Numbered from the stretch's first letter, positions 29,901-39,760 are shown. The stretch: DNA of 64,000 nucleotides from Deltaproteobacteria bacterium (GCA_027858615.1 JAQICJ010000292.1:623-64622); one strand, 5' to 3'. Made by a program: numbers and translations. Notes: generated from the letters alone by a model not told the origin.

Positions 29901-32900
29901 AAAATTGTATTTTTCAACAGCTTTTTCGATGTCGTTGATTTTATCTCTCAGGATATTTCCAGTTTCAAGAATCAGGTCGTTACGTTTGTCGTTGTCAGTT
30001 TCCAGTCCTGTTCTTTGTTCGAGAGTTTTGATTAACTCATACCAGTTCTCGTCTTGTTTATACAAGTCTGAGAGCATTTCCATGGCTTTGATATTGTCAG
30101 GGGAATCTTCAGTGATAATTTTGAGAGCTGAGATAGCTTCGAAGGAATCATTGAGTTTTTCCTGCTGAATTTCTGCCAGTTTGAAAGCTTTTTCAATTTT
30201 GTTTTCTCCATCAAGACGGATGATGTTTTTCAGAATTTCAGAAAGTTCATTATACTTTTCGGTTTCCCGGTAGAGGGATTCGAGAGCACTGAGAGCCTCA
30301 GTGTCTTCGGGGGAATACATCAGCAGTTTATCCCAGGTGGAAATGGCTTCTTCAGGTTCGGAAAGTACGTCCTGACGCAAGCGGGCAAGTTGTCTCAGAG
30401 TGGAAAGAATTTCCTCCTGATCTGTCAGTAGTTCTGACTTTCTAGCCAGGAGAGCAGAAAGTTTTTTCCATTGTTCGGATTCTTGCAACAGTTGAGCAAG
30501 TTCGGTGATTGCCTGCAGATGATCATCACGGATATCCAGCAATTTGTAATAGGTGATGATTGCCTGTTCCCTGTCATCAAGAGTTTCAGCCTGTATTCTG
30601 GCAATTTTCAAGAGAACATCAATTTGCAATTCGGTGTCATAGTTGTCTTTGATGCCTTCCTGAAGAACAGCTATCAATTCTTCCCAATTACCTTCCCTTA
30701 CTGAAATTTCATAGATTCTATTGAGGATTTCACGGTTGGAAGGTTCGAGCTTCCATGCTTCACTGAGGGATGTGAAGGCCCGAGCCAGATCATCCCCCCT
30801 TCCGTCGTAAAGATGGGCGCATTCTTTGAGTAATTCTATTTTGCGATATTCATCTTCGGAAAGTTCAATCTGGATTTCATATACAAAGACAAGTCGTTTC
30901 CAATAATCAAGTTCTTTGTAGATGGGTTCCAGAATTTTAGCCACCCTCAATTTGATGGAATCTTTATCCAGAAGTTTTTCCAGATAATCGATGGTGTTTT
31001 CATTGAGAGGATCGATATTGATGATTTCTTCAAGTCTGAAAACAGCGGAATCTGGATCATCAACTTTTTCATAATAAAGTTCGGCAAGCTTGAGATTGAG
31101 TTCTATGATTTCTGCAGGTACTGTTTTCATTGATACCTGCTGGATCAGGTGTTCGATCAAATCTTCCCAGTTGCCGAGTTTTGTATAGAGTTTGGTTAAA
31201 GCTTCAACCGCTTTTTGTTCTTCTGGTGATGATTCAAGAATTTCGCGATAAACTTCTACTGCCTCTTCGAGTTTATCGAGTTTATCTTCGAGAAGTTCAG
31301 AAATCTTGTACAGATTCTGGTTTTTCTTTTCAGGATCATAAAAGGAGTCGGCTGCATCGCGATATACTTTGAGCAGATTGTCCCAGCGTTCATTTTCAAG
31401 GAGGAGTAACTCAAGTTCTCTGAAGATATTTTCGTTGGAACTGTCACTTTCGAGAATACGTTTGTAATACTTCATGGACTCGTCGATTTTATTCATTTCC
31501 CGGGCATAAATACGGGCAAGGTGAGTCATGATGATAGTGATGTGTTCTCCCGCATAATAGGCATCTTCTACAATTTTAGAGAATACTTCGGTGAGTACTT
31601 CCCATTTATTCAGGAGTTCCGAGAGATTGAGAAGACGATCCCTGACCTTTTGATTGTCAGGTTGTTCCAGCAGCAGATGACCATACCAGGTGTAAGCTTC
31701 TTCAAGATCATCGAGGACAGTTTCATATAGTTCTGCTATGCGGCTGGTAAGTTGGGCTTTTTCTTCGGGAGTTTGTTTAATGTCTCTCTGAATAGAAAGA
31801 ACCTTGATCAGTTTTTTCCATTCCTGACGAGCTGCATAAACAGGCACGAGTACTTCTGAAGCTTCACCGGAGTAATCTTCTTTATCGAGGAAACTTTCCA
31901 GTCTGTTGATGATTTCTTCGGAAGTAGGACTTCCACCCAGAGCGGCACGGAAAGATTCAAGAGCTCTGTCCTGATTTTCGAGATAATCACAGAAAATTTC
32001 ACCCATATTGAATCTGATTTCCACAGCTTCTTGCAATTTGGTGGTGTAGCGAATTCTGTTTTCATACAGTTCTATCAAATTGTCCCATTTTTCCAGATCA
32101 AAGAGAATCTCTTCGAGAGAACGGAAAATCTTGTAGTCGTCCGGCTTGAATTCGAGGATAGTGTTATAGTATTCAATGGCTCGAATTGGTTCATTGAGTT
32201 TTTTCCTGCACAATTCGGCTGCTTTAACCAGAGCGTCATAACGGGCATCAAGATTGTCCAGAGCCATATTGGCCCTTTTTGTATAGATGCCAAGCAGTTG
32301 ATCCCATTGCTCTGTAAGTTCGTAAACCCTTTCCAGAGCATCCATGGAGTGAAAATTTTCAGGGGAAATTTCCAGAACTTTTTCATAATACTTCTGAGCA
32401 ATATCAAGTTTTTCGAGTTCATCTCTGGCAATGTCGGCTATGGTCAGAAATACCTGTTGTTGCAGATTTATGTCGATAATGTCATCGGCTACCTGAATGT
32501 AGAGGTCAACCAATTGTTGCCATTTATCTTCCAGAGCGGCAATGCGCTGAAGTTGAGCAAGAATATCAGGCAGTTCAGGTTCTCCAACAGCTTCCTTGAG
32601 GGCTTGTCCGTAAAAGCCGAAGGCCGAAACCGGTTTACCAAGTTCGGTTTCTTTGATTCCGGCTATTTTAAGGAAGAGGGATACTTTCTGGTGGGGATCA
32701 AAAGCATATCCGGCTTTGAGAACATAAAGGGCTGTAAGTTTTTCCCAATTGTTTTCAAGTTCATAGATAGTTTCAAGAATTTCCGCTGACTGAAGGGCAA
32801 GAGTTTCTTCACCTTGAAGCATGGATTCCAGAGCTGCTTTGGATTTTTCATGGGAGGGATCTTCATCAAGAACATTTCTGTAGTAAAAGATTGCTCTTTC

Positions 32901-35900
32901 AGGTTCTTCAAGATGTACCTGCAGAATATAACCCAGCCTGTAGTTGAGAGAGCGTCGGTCTTCGTCGTTTTCGGTGAGATTGAGTTCTCTTTCTACATAA
33001 TCGAAAACATCGGTCCAATTGCCCGATTGTTCATTGAGGCGGGCAAGATAACGGATAGCTTCGCCATGTTCCGGGTTTTCGTTGAGAATTGAAGTCCAAG
33101 CTTCAATGGCTCCTTCGAGATCATTAAGAGATTCTTCCCTGAGGATGGCAATTCTGGAGAAATAATTGAGTCGTTGTTCTTCATCCTGGGTAAGTTCGAC
33201 TTTTTTGGCCAGAATTTTTACAAGCTCATCCCATTTTTCGATGCGGGAATAAATAAATTCAAGTCGATCAAGAGCTTCGTCATCAGTGGGAAATTCTTCC
33301 AGTAATTTTTGATAGGTTTGAGCGGCTTCCAGAGGAGCATCAAGCATGTCTTCCTGGAGAACTGCGATATTACGGTAAATATCTTTTCGTTCTTCTTCTC
33401 CCTGAGTCCAGTTTAGTTGCTTTTTATAGATTTCAATAATTTCAATCCATTCTTCCATGGATTGATACAGGTTCACCAGAGCCTGGGCAGCTTCGTCCTG
33501 TTTTTGCAACATGCTTTCTTCACCGGCTTTTTCCAGAAGTTTTCTATACCATTCGATGGATTTTTTCGGTTCTTCCAGATGGGTCTCATGGATATCAGCT
33601 ATTTTTTCGAGGTATTCGATGATAAGCAGATTGTTGTCTTCAACTGCTTCAATGGCTTCCTGCCATACTTCTACTAATTTTTCGTAGGAATTGAGAGCAA
33701 TAGCGAGATTTTCGATGGAATCTCTGACATTGGCACTGGCGGGATCAAATTGGATAGCTCGTCGCCATACTTCAAATGCTTTTTCCGGTTCACTGAGTTT
33801 GAGGGTAAGAATTTGGCCGATTTTAGAGAGAATATCAACGGCTTCATAGTTGTCCTGGGTGTTTTCAAGTTTAATTTCCAAGAGATCAACCAATTTTTCA
33901 TGGTTATTTTCATCTTCCATGAGCCGGATGAGAATATCAGCTGCTTTTTGTCTTGTTTCCTTGATTTGAAGCATCTCTTCGAGCATCTGGCGAGTATTTT
34001 CGTGTCTCTGATCGAATTCAAGGATTTCACGGAGAATATCGATGGCCAGATTGGGAGATTCCATTTTGTGCAGGAGAATATCGGCTCGTTTATACATGAG
34101 ATCGATTCGTTCCTGGTCGGAATCAGCATAGATGAGTTCGTCTTCATAGAGGGCGGCCAGATTTTCCCATTTGTCCGATATTTCGTAAAGTCTGATGAGA
34201 GCTTCGAAGGCTTCATTAGATTCATTATCGAGTTCACGCAATTTGGTATATGAGTTGATGGCAGCTTCTACGTTGGCCAGCATATTTTCGTTGAGATGGC
34301 TCAACTTGGTGAGGATATCTTTTTGTTCTTCGGGTTCAACTACAACATCAAGGCGTTTAGTATACAGAGTTTTAAGATCTTTCCAGTCTTCAGAACCGGA
34401 GAAAATTCTTTCGAGAGCAAGAAAAGCGCCTTCATGAAGGGGATCTTCTTCCAGTACGGTAAGATAGAATTTTTGGGCTTCTTCCCGATTGTCTTCGTCA
34501 ATTTCTTCCATGCGGGCAATTTCCCAGGACAGGGAAAGTTTGAGTTTGTCTTCATGGTTTTCTATGTATTCGAGATAAGTTTCTTTGAGAGTGTTAATTC
34601 GTTCATCAAGTTTGGCGAGGGTGTGAAGTTTTTTGCGTACTTCTTCGTCCTCGGGTTTCAGTTTGAACAATTGAATAGCCAGATCAAAGCCCTTGCCCAT
34701 GTCACCTATTTTCTGAGTAGTGATATCGAGAAGTTCCTGGTAAAGTTCAATCTTTTTGGATTCATTTTCTTCTTGTCGGGCAATGACTTCAAGAGCGAAG
34801 GTATAATCTTCCCAGAGTTCTTCTTGCTTGTAATAAGGAAGAAGATGTCCGGCAGCTTCGATTCCGGTCTGGTTGTTTTTTTGATTTTCAAGAATTTCTC
34901 TGATAGCGGCTATAGTTTCTTCGTGCTGGGGAGAAAATTCCAGAACTCTGGCAAAATGGGGCAACGCATCTTCAGGTTGTTCAAGCATGTCTTTGAGAAG
35001 TTCGCCCAGACGGAATTCGAGGTTGATGATTCTTTCTTCTTCCTCAACTTCCTGGATTTCCATTTTAAGGATGCGAGCCAATTCTTCAAATTCATTTTCC
35101 CCGAGATAGAGGCGGTCAAGAGCCTGCAAGGATTTGAGATGAGCAGGATCTATGTCGATAATTTCGTTGTAATAACGAATTGCGCTTTCCTTGTCATCTT
35201 TTTGGATTTCCATGATGGAGGCCATTTTTTCGCGGGCCCAGATGGTTTTTTCGGGTTCGCTGTCTAATTCTATCTGTTTGTTTAAAATTGCTGTAAGTTC
35301 ATCCCACTCTTCTTTGATTTCGTAAATAGAAGCAAGTCCTTCGAGAGCTTTGTGGGATTCTTTATTGATGGCAAGAATTTCCTGGAGAACTGATTCGCCT
35401 TTTTCCAGTTCGGAGAGTTTTTCAATATAAATTTTGGAAAGACGTGAGAGCAGATCAATTTTGTCGTCGCCTTCCATGTCAGGTTTGACCTGATTGTATA
35501 TTTCTGCCAGATCAATCCATTTGTCAGCCTGCTCGGCGAAACTTTGCAATTGCTCAATAATTTGATTGTCAAAAGGGGAAATGAGATAGGCTTTTCCACA
35601 CCACTTGAAAGCTTGAGTGGGATCGCTGAGTTTTTTGTCGTAGCTTTCAATAAGTTTGTGGAGCCATTGCAATTTCTCTTCTTTGCTGTCGGCGTTTTTG
35701 AGCAGAACTTCGTACATATCGGCAGCTTTGTTCCAGCGATTCAACTCTTCATAGAGGGGCAGGAGGTTATCAGCTGCGGTTTTGTTGGTTTCATCGGTTT
35801 TCAGAACTTTTTCGTAAGGCTTGATGGCTCTTTCCGGTTTGCCGATTTTGGTGCGGTAGATATCAGCTACTTTAAAGAGCAGGAAGATTTTAGCTTCAGG

Positions 35901-38084
35901 ATCTTCTTCTCTAGAAGCGTATTGACTTAGAGTTTCGATATATCCCAGCCAATTGTCGTTTTGAGAGAATAAATTTTCCAGTTGTTCCCAATTTTTATTT
36001 TCTGCATAAAGAGTTTTTAAAATTTTGAGAGACTTTGGATGGTTGGGATTGAGTTCGTGAACTCTTTCCCATATTTCCATGGCTTTGGCGCCATAGGATT
36101 TCATTTTGTCAGTGAGGATATTTCCGGTTTTTTCGAGAAGGGGCAGAGCCTCTTCATCGGTGGACATGGAAATTTTGCGATTGAGCATTTCTACCAGAGC
36201 GGGATATCTTTTGTCCCTTCTGTAGAGGAAAATCAGATTTTCCATGGCGTCTATATCGTAGGGATCAACTTCCAGAATGCGATTCCAGGTTTCAATAGCC
36301 AATTTTATGTTGTTAAGGGGGTTTTGAGCAAATTCGGCCAGTTCGACAAGTTTTTCGTGTTTTTCTGATTCGGGGATCAGTTCAAGTTCTTTTTGGCGCA
36401 GGAAAAACAGACCCTTCCAGTTTCTTCTTTGTTCGTAGATGTCTTTGAGACTGTTGATTACTTCGATGTCGCCGGGATCAAATTCAAGAATTTCTTCAAG
36501 GGGCTGAGCAGCCCGATTGGGATTAGAAAGATTTTCGCTCCAAAAATGGGCGATTTGTTTGAGGTATTCTTTTTTGGTGTCGAGCTCTTTGGTATTATCA
36601 GCTTTTTTCTGATAAATGGTGATGACTTCTTTCCATCTTCCCATTTTTTTGTATTTTTCAGAAAGTTCTTCAATGGCCTGTTCATTTTCGGGATCTAGTT
36701 TCAGAACGCTGTTGTAAACATTGACAACCATGGCATCGACTTGCATTTTATCTTCGATAATCTGAGCCATTTTGATGAGGGTGTTTACTCTGGTTTCGAT
36801 GTTATCTTTGGGCAGTGAACGCTCTTCTTTTTTGTAAAGTTCAACCAGGGCATTCCATTTTTCTGTCTTGTGGTAGAGTTTTTTCAACTCTTCTTTGGCT
36901 TCTTCGTGGGCAGGATCCTGCTTGAGAATTCGTTTCCAGACGTCAATTGCCTTGCCGGGGTTAACTTCGATGCTGAATTCAGCTATTTTGCGGGCGAATT
37001 TGACAGTTTCGTTGATGTCGCCTCTGGCTTTGCGCATTGCCTGCTGCAGCATGGAAATATAGCGCATGGGCTCATCTTTTTCGAGGTAATAGGCTTCGTA
37101 AAAATTGAGGAGCAGGGGGGAATCAGGCTCGGTTTTGCGTAATTTGCGGAAATATTGTTCGGCTTTGTCAAGATCTTCCAGTTGTCTCCACCAGATCATT
37201 CCCAATTGGAGATAAATCCCGGGATCGGGGCGACGAGAAGTCTGGATTTCATTTTCATAAAACTCAATCAGATCTTCGGTTTTATCTTGTTGGTTATAGG
37301 CTGAGACAAGCAGAGTTTTAGACTTGGCGTTATCAGGATCTTCTTCTCTTACTTTTTTGATTAGAGTTTCAGCTTCCTGGGGATTTTGAAGGTATTCCAG
37401 CAAGTATTCTGCTGTTTCGAGGGTCAGCAACTGGCGGTTGTCAGGATCTTCAAAAAGATCGAGTTTGGGCTTGATCAGGTTGACAAATTCTTCGTATCTT
37501 TGATTTTCCCTGTAGATGCGACAAAGATGCTTGAGGGCGTCACCGTTGGTTTCATCCTGTTTAAGGGATTGCATGAGCAGAAGTTCTGTCTGTTCTTTGT
37601 CTTCTGCATATTTGGCCGATACTTCCGCAGCTTTGTAGAACATATGAGAAGCCAGCTCTTTTTCTTCAGCGTCTTCGGCTTCAGTGGTGAATTTGGAAAG
37701 CAGCTTTTCGTAATTGCCGGCTTCCAATTCAAGTTCTTCTACTTTTTCGGATAATTTTTCGTCTTCCGGCTGCAATTTGGCAAGTTGGCGGTAAGCTTCG
37801 AGGGAATTGTTCCCTTGCCATAACTCTGATTCCAGCAATTCAGCTTTTCTTTTGATATTTTCAATATTTTCAGGATCTATTTCCAGAATAATATCCAAAA
37901 AAGCCAGGGCAATTCTCAGTCGATTTGACTTGATTGCTTTGCGGAATGATTTTTCCAGAAAAACTACCTTTTCATTGTCAGAAATATCTTCTTGGGCAAG
38001 TTTTTCTTTGATTGTTTCAATCTGGTTGTTGATTTGGGAAGAACTCAGGAGGTTGGTGATTAAGGTTTTGATATCTTTAAGCAT
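26925..38084 (-). CDS. Giant (3719 aa) acidic protein made almost entirely of tandem TPR-like repeats. No signal peptide.
   Basis: A single uninterrupted 11,160-nt frame. Repeats of ~34-42 aa carry a recurring W-(D/E/N)-x-L-(I/V/A)-x-(L/I)-Y helix-turn motif (EKWDELVKIL, ENWEKLTALY, EQWDQLLGIY, EKWDNLIELY, ERWDNLLKVY, GNWEDLIEHL ...). Strongly Glu/Asp-rich. All antisense ORFs inside it look spurious. Confidence 0.85.
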   Translation of the reverse strand: MLKDIKTLITNLLSSSQINNQIETIKEKLAQEDISDNEKVVFLEKSFRKAIKSNRLRIALAFLDIILEIDPENIENIKRKAELLESELWQGNNSLEAYRQLAKLQPEDEKLSEKVEELELEAGNYEKLLSKFTTEAEDAEEKELASHMFYKAAEVSAKYAEDKEQTELLLMQSLKQDETNGDALKHLCRIYRENQRYEEFVNLIKPKLDLFEDPDNRQLLTLETAEYLLEYLQNPQEAETLIKKVREEDPDNAKSKTLLVSAYNQQDKTEDLIEFYENEIQTSRRPDPGIYLQLGMIWWRQLEDLDKAEQYFRKLRKTEPDSPLLLNFYEAYYLEKDEPMRYISMLQQAMRKARGDINETVKFARKIAEFSIEVNPGKAIDVWKRILKQDPAHEEAKEELKKLYHKTEKWNALVELYKKEERSLPKDNIETRVNTLIKMAQIIEDKMQVDAMVVNVYNSVLKLDPENEQAIEELSEKYKKMGRWKEVITIYQKKADNTKELDTKKEYLKQIAHFWSENLSNPNRAAQPLEEILEFDPGDIEVINSLKDIYEQRRNWKGLFFLRQKELELIPESEKHEKLVELAEFAQNPLNNIKLAIETWNRILEVDPYDIDAMENLIFLYRRDKRYPALVEMLNRKISMSTDEEALPLLEKTGNILTDKMKSYGAKAMEIWERVHELNPNHPKSLKILKTLYAENKNWEQLENLFSQNDNWLGYIETLSQYASREEDPEAKIFLLFKVADIYRTKIGKPERAIKPYEKVLKTDETNKTAADNLLPLYEELNRWNKAADMYEVLLKNADSKEEKLQWLHKLIESYDKKLSDPTQAFKWCGKAYLISPFDNQIIEQLQSFAEQADKWIDLAEIYNQVKPDMEGDDKIDLLSRLSKIYIEKLSELEKGESVLQEILAINKESHKALEGLASIYEIKEEWDELTAILNKQIELDSEPEKTIWAREKMASIMEIQKDDKESAIRYYNEIIDIDPAHLKSLQALDRLYLGENEFEELARILKMEIQEVEEEERIINLEFRLGELLKDMLEQPEDALPHFARVLEFSPQHEETIAAIREILENQKNNQTGIEAAGHLLPYYKQEELWEDYTFALEVIARQEENESKKIELYQELLDITTQKIGDMGKGFDLAIQLFKLKPEDEEVRKKLHTLAKLDERINTLKETYLEYIENHEDKLKLSLSWEIARMEEIDEDNREEAQKFYLTVLEEDPLHEGAFLALERIFSGSEDWKDLKTLYTKRLDVVVEPEEQKDILTKLSHLNENMLANVEAAINSYTKLRELDNESNEAFEALIRLYEISDKWENLAALYEDELIYADSDQERIDLMYKRADILLHKMESPNLAIDILREILEFDQRHENTRQMLEEMLQIKETRQKAADILIRLMEDENNHEKLVDLLEIKLENTQDNYEAVDILSKIGQILTLKLSEPEKAFEVWRRAIQFDPASANVRDSIENLAIALNSYEKLVEVWQEAIEAVEDNNLLIIEYLEKIADIHETHLEEPKKSIEWYRKLLEKAGEESMLQKQDEAAQALVNLYQSMEEWIEIIEIYKKQLNWTQGEEERKDIYRNIAVLQEDMLDAPLEAAQTYQKLLEEFPTDDEALDRLEFIYSRIEKWDELVKILAKKVELTQDEEQRLNYFSRIAILREESLNDLEGAIEAWTSILNENPEHGEAIRYLARLNEQSGNWTDVFDYVERELNLTENDEDRRSLNYRLGYILQVHLEEPERAIFYYRNVLDEDPSHEKSKAALESMLQGEETLALQSAEILETIYELENNWEKLTALYVLKAGYAFDPHQKVSLFLKIAGIKETELGKPVSAFGFYGQALKEAVGEPELPDILAQLQRIAALEDKWQQLVDLYIQVADDIIDINLQQQVFLTIADIARDELEKLDIAQKYYEKVLEISPENFHSMDALERVYELTEQWDQLLGIYTKRANMALDNLDARYDALVKAAELCRKKLNEPIRAIEYYNTILEFKPDDYKIFRSLEEILFDLEKWDNLIELYENRIRYTTKLQEAVEIRFNMGEIFCDYLENQDRALESFRAALGGSPTSEEIINRLESFLDKEDYSGEASEVLVPVYAARQEWKKLIKVLSIQRDIKQTPEEKAQLTSRIAELYETVLDDLEEAYTWYGHLLLEQPDNQKVRDRLLNLSELLNKWEVLTEVFSKIVEDAYYAGEHITIIMTHLARIYAREMNKIDESMKYYKRILESDSSNENIFRELELLLLENERWDNLLKVYRDAADSFYDPEKKNQNLYKISELLEDKLDKLEEAVEVYREILESSPEEQKAVEALTKLYTKLGNWEDLIEHLIQQVSMKTVPAEIIELNLKLAELYYEKVDDPDSAVFRLEEIINIDPLNENTIDYLEKLLDKDSIKLRVAKILEPIYKELDYWKRLVFVYEIQIELSEDEYRKIELLKECAHLYDGRGDDLARAFTSLSEAWKLEPSNREILNRIYEISVREGNWEELIAVLQEGIKDNYDTELQIDVLLKIARIQAETLDDREQAIITYYKLLDIRDDHLQAITELAQLLQESEQWKKLSALLARKSELLTDQEEILSTLRQLARLRQDVLSEPEEAISTWDKLLMYSPEDTEALSALESLYRETEKYNELSEILKNIIRLDGENKIEKAFKLAEIQQEKLNDSFEAISALKIITEDSPDNIKAMEMLSDLYKQDENWYELIKTLEQRTGLETDNDKRNDLILETGNILRDKINDIEKAVEKYNFILDFNPDHEQAVAALEKLLDRVEYRNIVAKILEPLYQTKGQNKSLIKLYKLLLEDQADPEKRKVNLRSIAELYLTIQEPMESFKYWGILFKENPENKDAETQLHTIASEKQAWDKLVELYSEIVEEIYDEEIRKKILLTQANIYELSLEDLEGAVRVMQKAVEFMPDNLEILNQLDRLLNQTSKFDELENILQMEANTAFEPDQKSTYFYRLGQLRLEHFENHEGALAAWREALAFSENHELTITALEKLLEKDTPVLSEILDLLQPIYENLGYQEKMVALLKKRIEITKDPIIKSEYIVQAANISQQLGNIEVAFELWGKAVKTTPEEKQYVDEFIKIAEISNKETELIKIVSDILDNKLDEMTAIDLAMLTAQIALNSGDNESVEKLYRFVLNIEPENNKALKHLEEFYRITDEVNKLIEILDKRSEVIFDFEKKETILKEIANLSEQRLEQPQKAIDAWQKLFEQNESKKEVQDQLIRLYEKTENWGKLIDILKVKANYMANDPGLLEVKHKTARLLAEKMDKPNEAEEIWQDTFLMYPSDEVSYEALCSIYKSKEDWDALKDIYFTKLSQTQEETAKVLILENMASLVLNKQEDLFEAGDYYKQIIDIDASNEKAFNKLDEIFIKTERYHDLIQILEKRKDLSNSLGNSEEEVYYLDRIARIWEENLGSADNALEILGEILERDSGNVTALTGMARLYENMEDLEKCQQYLEKAALLEPKGREGAELAFRRGNIALKLGEKETAITRWEDALDLYPEHSEAFSALKKHYEETENKEGLLRLYEIKLPKVEDPEERLPLLLSISELFVQLSASEAAFPYLEEAAKIEPDNIEVKQKLGDTYYASGNHEKSMEIYTDLIDKLKTNRKAKKSLSVIYQRIGKIKKSQEDYAGALEMFNQSRRLNPTNIDNMLSIAGLHENNEELEKAQKIYRAMLFQKLDGIITKSEIYFKIAKIDHSLGNTKKAISSAKRGLSEDPNNQKIKDFLEDIS

Positions 38085-38391
38085 ATCCTCTCTCTTGTAA
38101 ACGCTCTGGAAAAATTTAATTTCTTTGAGTTAATATTACCATTTTACTACTTGCAGAACCTGATCAAAAAAAATCATAAAAAGTTAAATACCTAATAAAT
38201 ACAATTATTAAGCTTTGTTTTATGAATTATGAGGTGTTTATTTTGTTTGGGAAATTTGGAATTTTTTTTACCATCAACTGATGTTAACGGTTTCATTACT
38301 TTGTTGCAATGACAAAGATCATTTTAATGAATTTTTTTGGAAATTAAGTTCAAAATGGGGTTTTTTGACTGGGGAGGAAATAAAATTTGGA

Positions 38392-39147
38392 TTATTTGGA
38401 GGGTTGTTCACATTCGAGGTTGGTGTCATTACTGCGGAAAGCAAGTATTTCAATCAAACCGTTTACAGCACTGAGGACTTCGAATTTGGCGTAAGTATTG
38501 TCCGGCAGGTGCAGTAAATATACATTTTCAGACATGGTGAATCCGGTTTCACCAACTCCGCCGTCTCTCCAAGTATCGCCGATTACATAAGTTTCTGTGC
38601 CGTCTGTAGTGAATTCCATTTCTGAGGGGACTGAATCAACGTCGTAGAAATCAATTTCATTGCCGTAGTTGTGGGCGGCAACATCAGGACAAAGACCAAT
38701 AAGGGGTCCGTCACCTGACGTCATGACACTGATGGTGCAGGGATCGGCATCTGATCCTGTTTCCCAGTTTGTAAAATTTACTTTTTGTACGCCTCCGCCA
38801 TGAAGGTTGACGCTGACAATTACAGCTTCTAAAGGGGCTGTTACTTCGCAACTGCTGGTGTCATAATCCTGACAATCAGCAATGCAAGCCAGATTACCGC
38901 CGGCAAAATCAAAATCAAAACAGGTTAATTCACCCAGATTTGTTCCATCACAGATTTCGGAACCTTCGATTAGTCCATTGCCGCACCCAGAATTGTTTGT
39001 ATTATTTGTATTGTTGACGTTGTTGACGTTGTTGGCATTGTTGTCGTCGGAATCGTCGTCGCAGGCTGCGAGGCCGGCAAATAAAATGAAGGTTATCAAG
39101 AATAATTTAGTTTTCACTGATAGAGTCCTTTCTGTTTTTACAAACAA
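38392..39147 (-). CDS. Cys-rich lipoprotein with an Asn-rich low-complexity linker and a Myxococcus-type cysteine-rich repeat.
   Basis: Lipobox LFAGLAAC + DDDSDDNNANNVNNVNNTNNTNNSG, then CGNGLIEGSEICDGTNLGELTC, which resembles the CGDGxxDxGEECDDGN repeat. Confidence 0.6.
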   Translation of the reverse strand: MFVKTERTLSVKTKLFLITFILFAGLAACDDDSDDNNANNVNNVNNTNNTNNSGCGNGLIEGSEICDGTNLGELTCFDFDFAGGNLACIADCQDYDTSSCEVTAPLEAVIVSVNLHGGGVQKVNFTNWETGSDADPCTISVMTSGDGPLIGLCPDVAAHNYGNEIDFYDVDSVPSEMEFTTDGTETYVIGDTWRDGGVGETGFTMSENVYLLHLPDNTYAKFEVLSAVNGLIEILAFRSNDTNLECEQPSK

Positions 39148-39760
39148 ACATGAAGATTGATGCCATGTAAAATTTTTCTTTGAGCAATTTTAAATTTTCA
39201 AGTTCAAAAGGGGTTGCCAGGATTAATTTGAGCATTTTAAGCAAAGAAGGATATTCAGCTTGTGAAGTTGTCAATTTGACAAAACTCATGGCGATTTTAT
39301 CCCATAAATTATTTTGTGATGCTTGTACCATAATCAGATATCCATCAGGGGTCAACATTTTGGAAAAATTTTTGAGTATTTCTTCCTTGCGGTAATAATA
39401 AGGGAAAGAATGGGTGCAGATAATAACATTATATTTATTTGGTATCAGAACCATTTGGGCAACATCCAGACATTCATAAAATCCTTCAGGATCAAGATTT
39501 TTTGCCATCTCGATCATCTTTGGGGAAATATCAATTCCCTGGCAGTAAACTTTGTCAGTTGGCAAATTGTCCTTGATCATTCTGATAGTTTGACCGGTAG
39601 CACAGCCGGCATCCAGAATTTCAAGTTTACCATCCGAGTTTTCTGCAATTTTTCTGATTTCTTCTAATATCAACTTTCTAGTGGGTTTGAGAGAGTATTT
39701 TTGAACCCAGAGTTTTTCATATTTATGAGCCCAAAAATCCCAGATTTTTGTTGAATTCAT
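39107..39760 (-). CDS. Class I SAM-dependent methyltransferase (type 11/12).
   Basis: Motif I LEILDAGCATGQTIRMI and motif post-I/II DVAQMVLIPNKYNVIICTHSFPY. Confidence 0.8.
   Translation of the reverse strand: MNSTKIWDFWAHKYEKLWVQKYSLKPTRKLILEEIRKIAENSDGKLEILDAGCATGQTIRMIKDNLPTDKVYCQGIDISPKMIEMAKNLDPEGFYECLDVAQMVLIPNKYNVIICTHSFPYYYRKEEILKNFSKMLTPDGYLIMVQASQNNLWDKIAMSFVKLTTSQAEYPSLLKMLKLILATPFELENLKLLKEKFYMASIFMFVCKNRKDSISEN

Noticed and set aside
26925-38084. Numerous 60-325-aa ORFs on the opposite strand and in alternative frames inside the giant TPR gene (e.g. 32031..32789, 34296..35267).
   Set aside because: They are artefacts of low-complexity, AT-rich, repeat-encoding DNA. The translations are Phe/Leu/Ile-rich nonsense, there is no RBS pattern, and all are nested in a strongly supported long frame.
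38296-38314. Hairpin CTTTGT-TGCAATG-ACAAAG between the giant TPR gene start and the upstream lipoprotein gene end, as a terminator.
   Set aside because: The stem is only 6 bp and is not followed by a U-tract on the relevant (minus) strand. Kept as a weak observation only.
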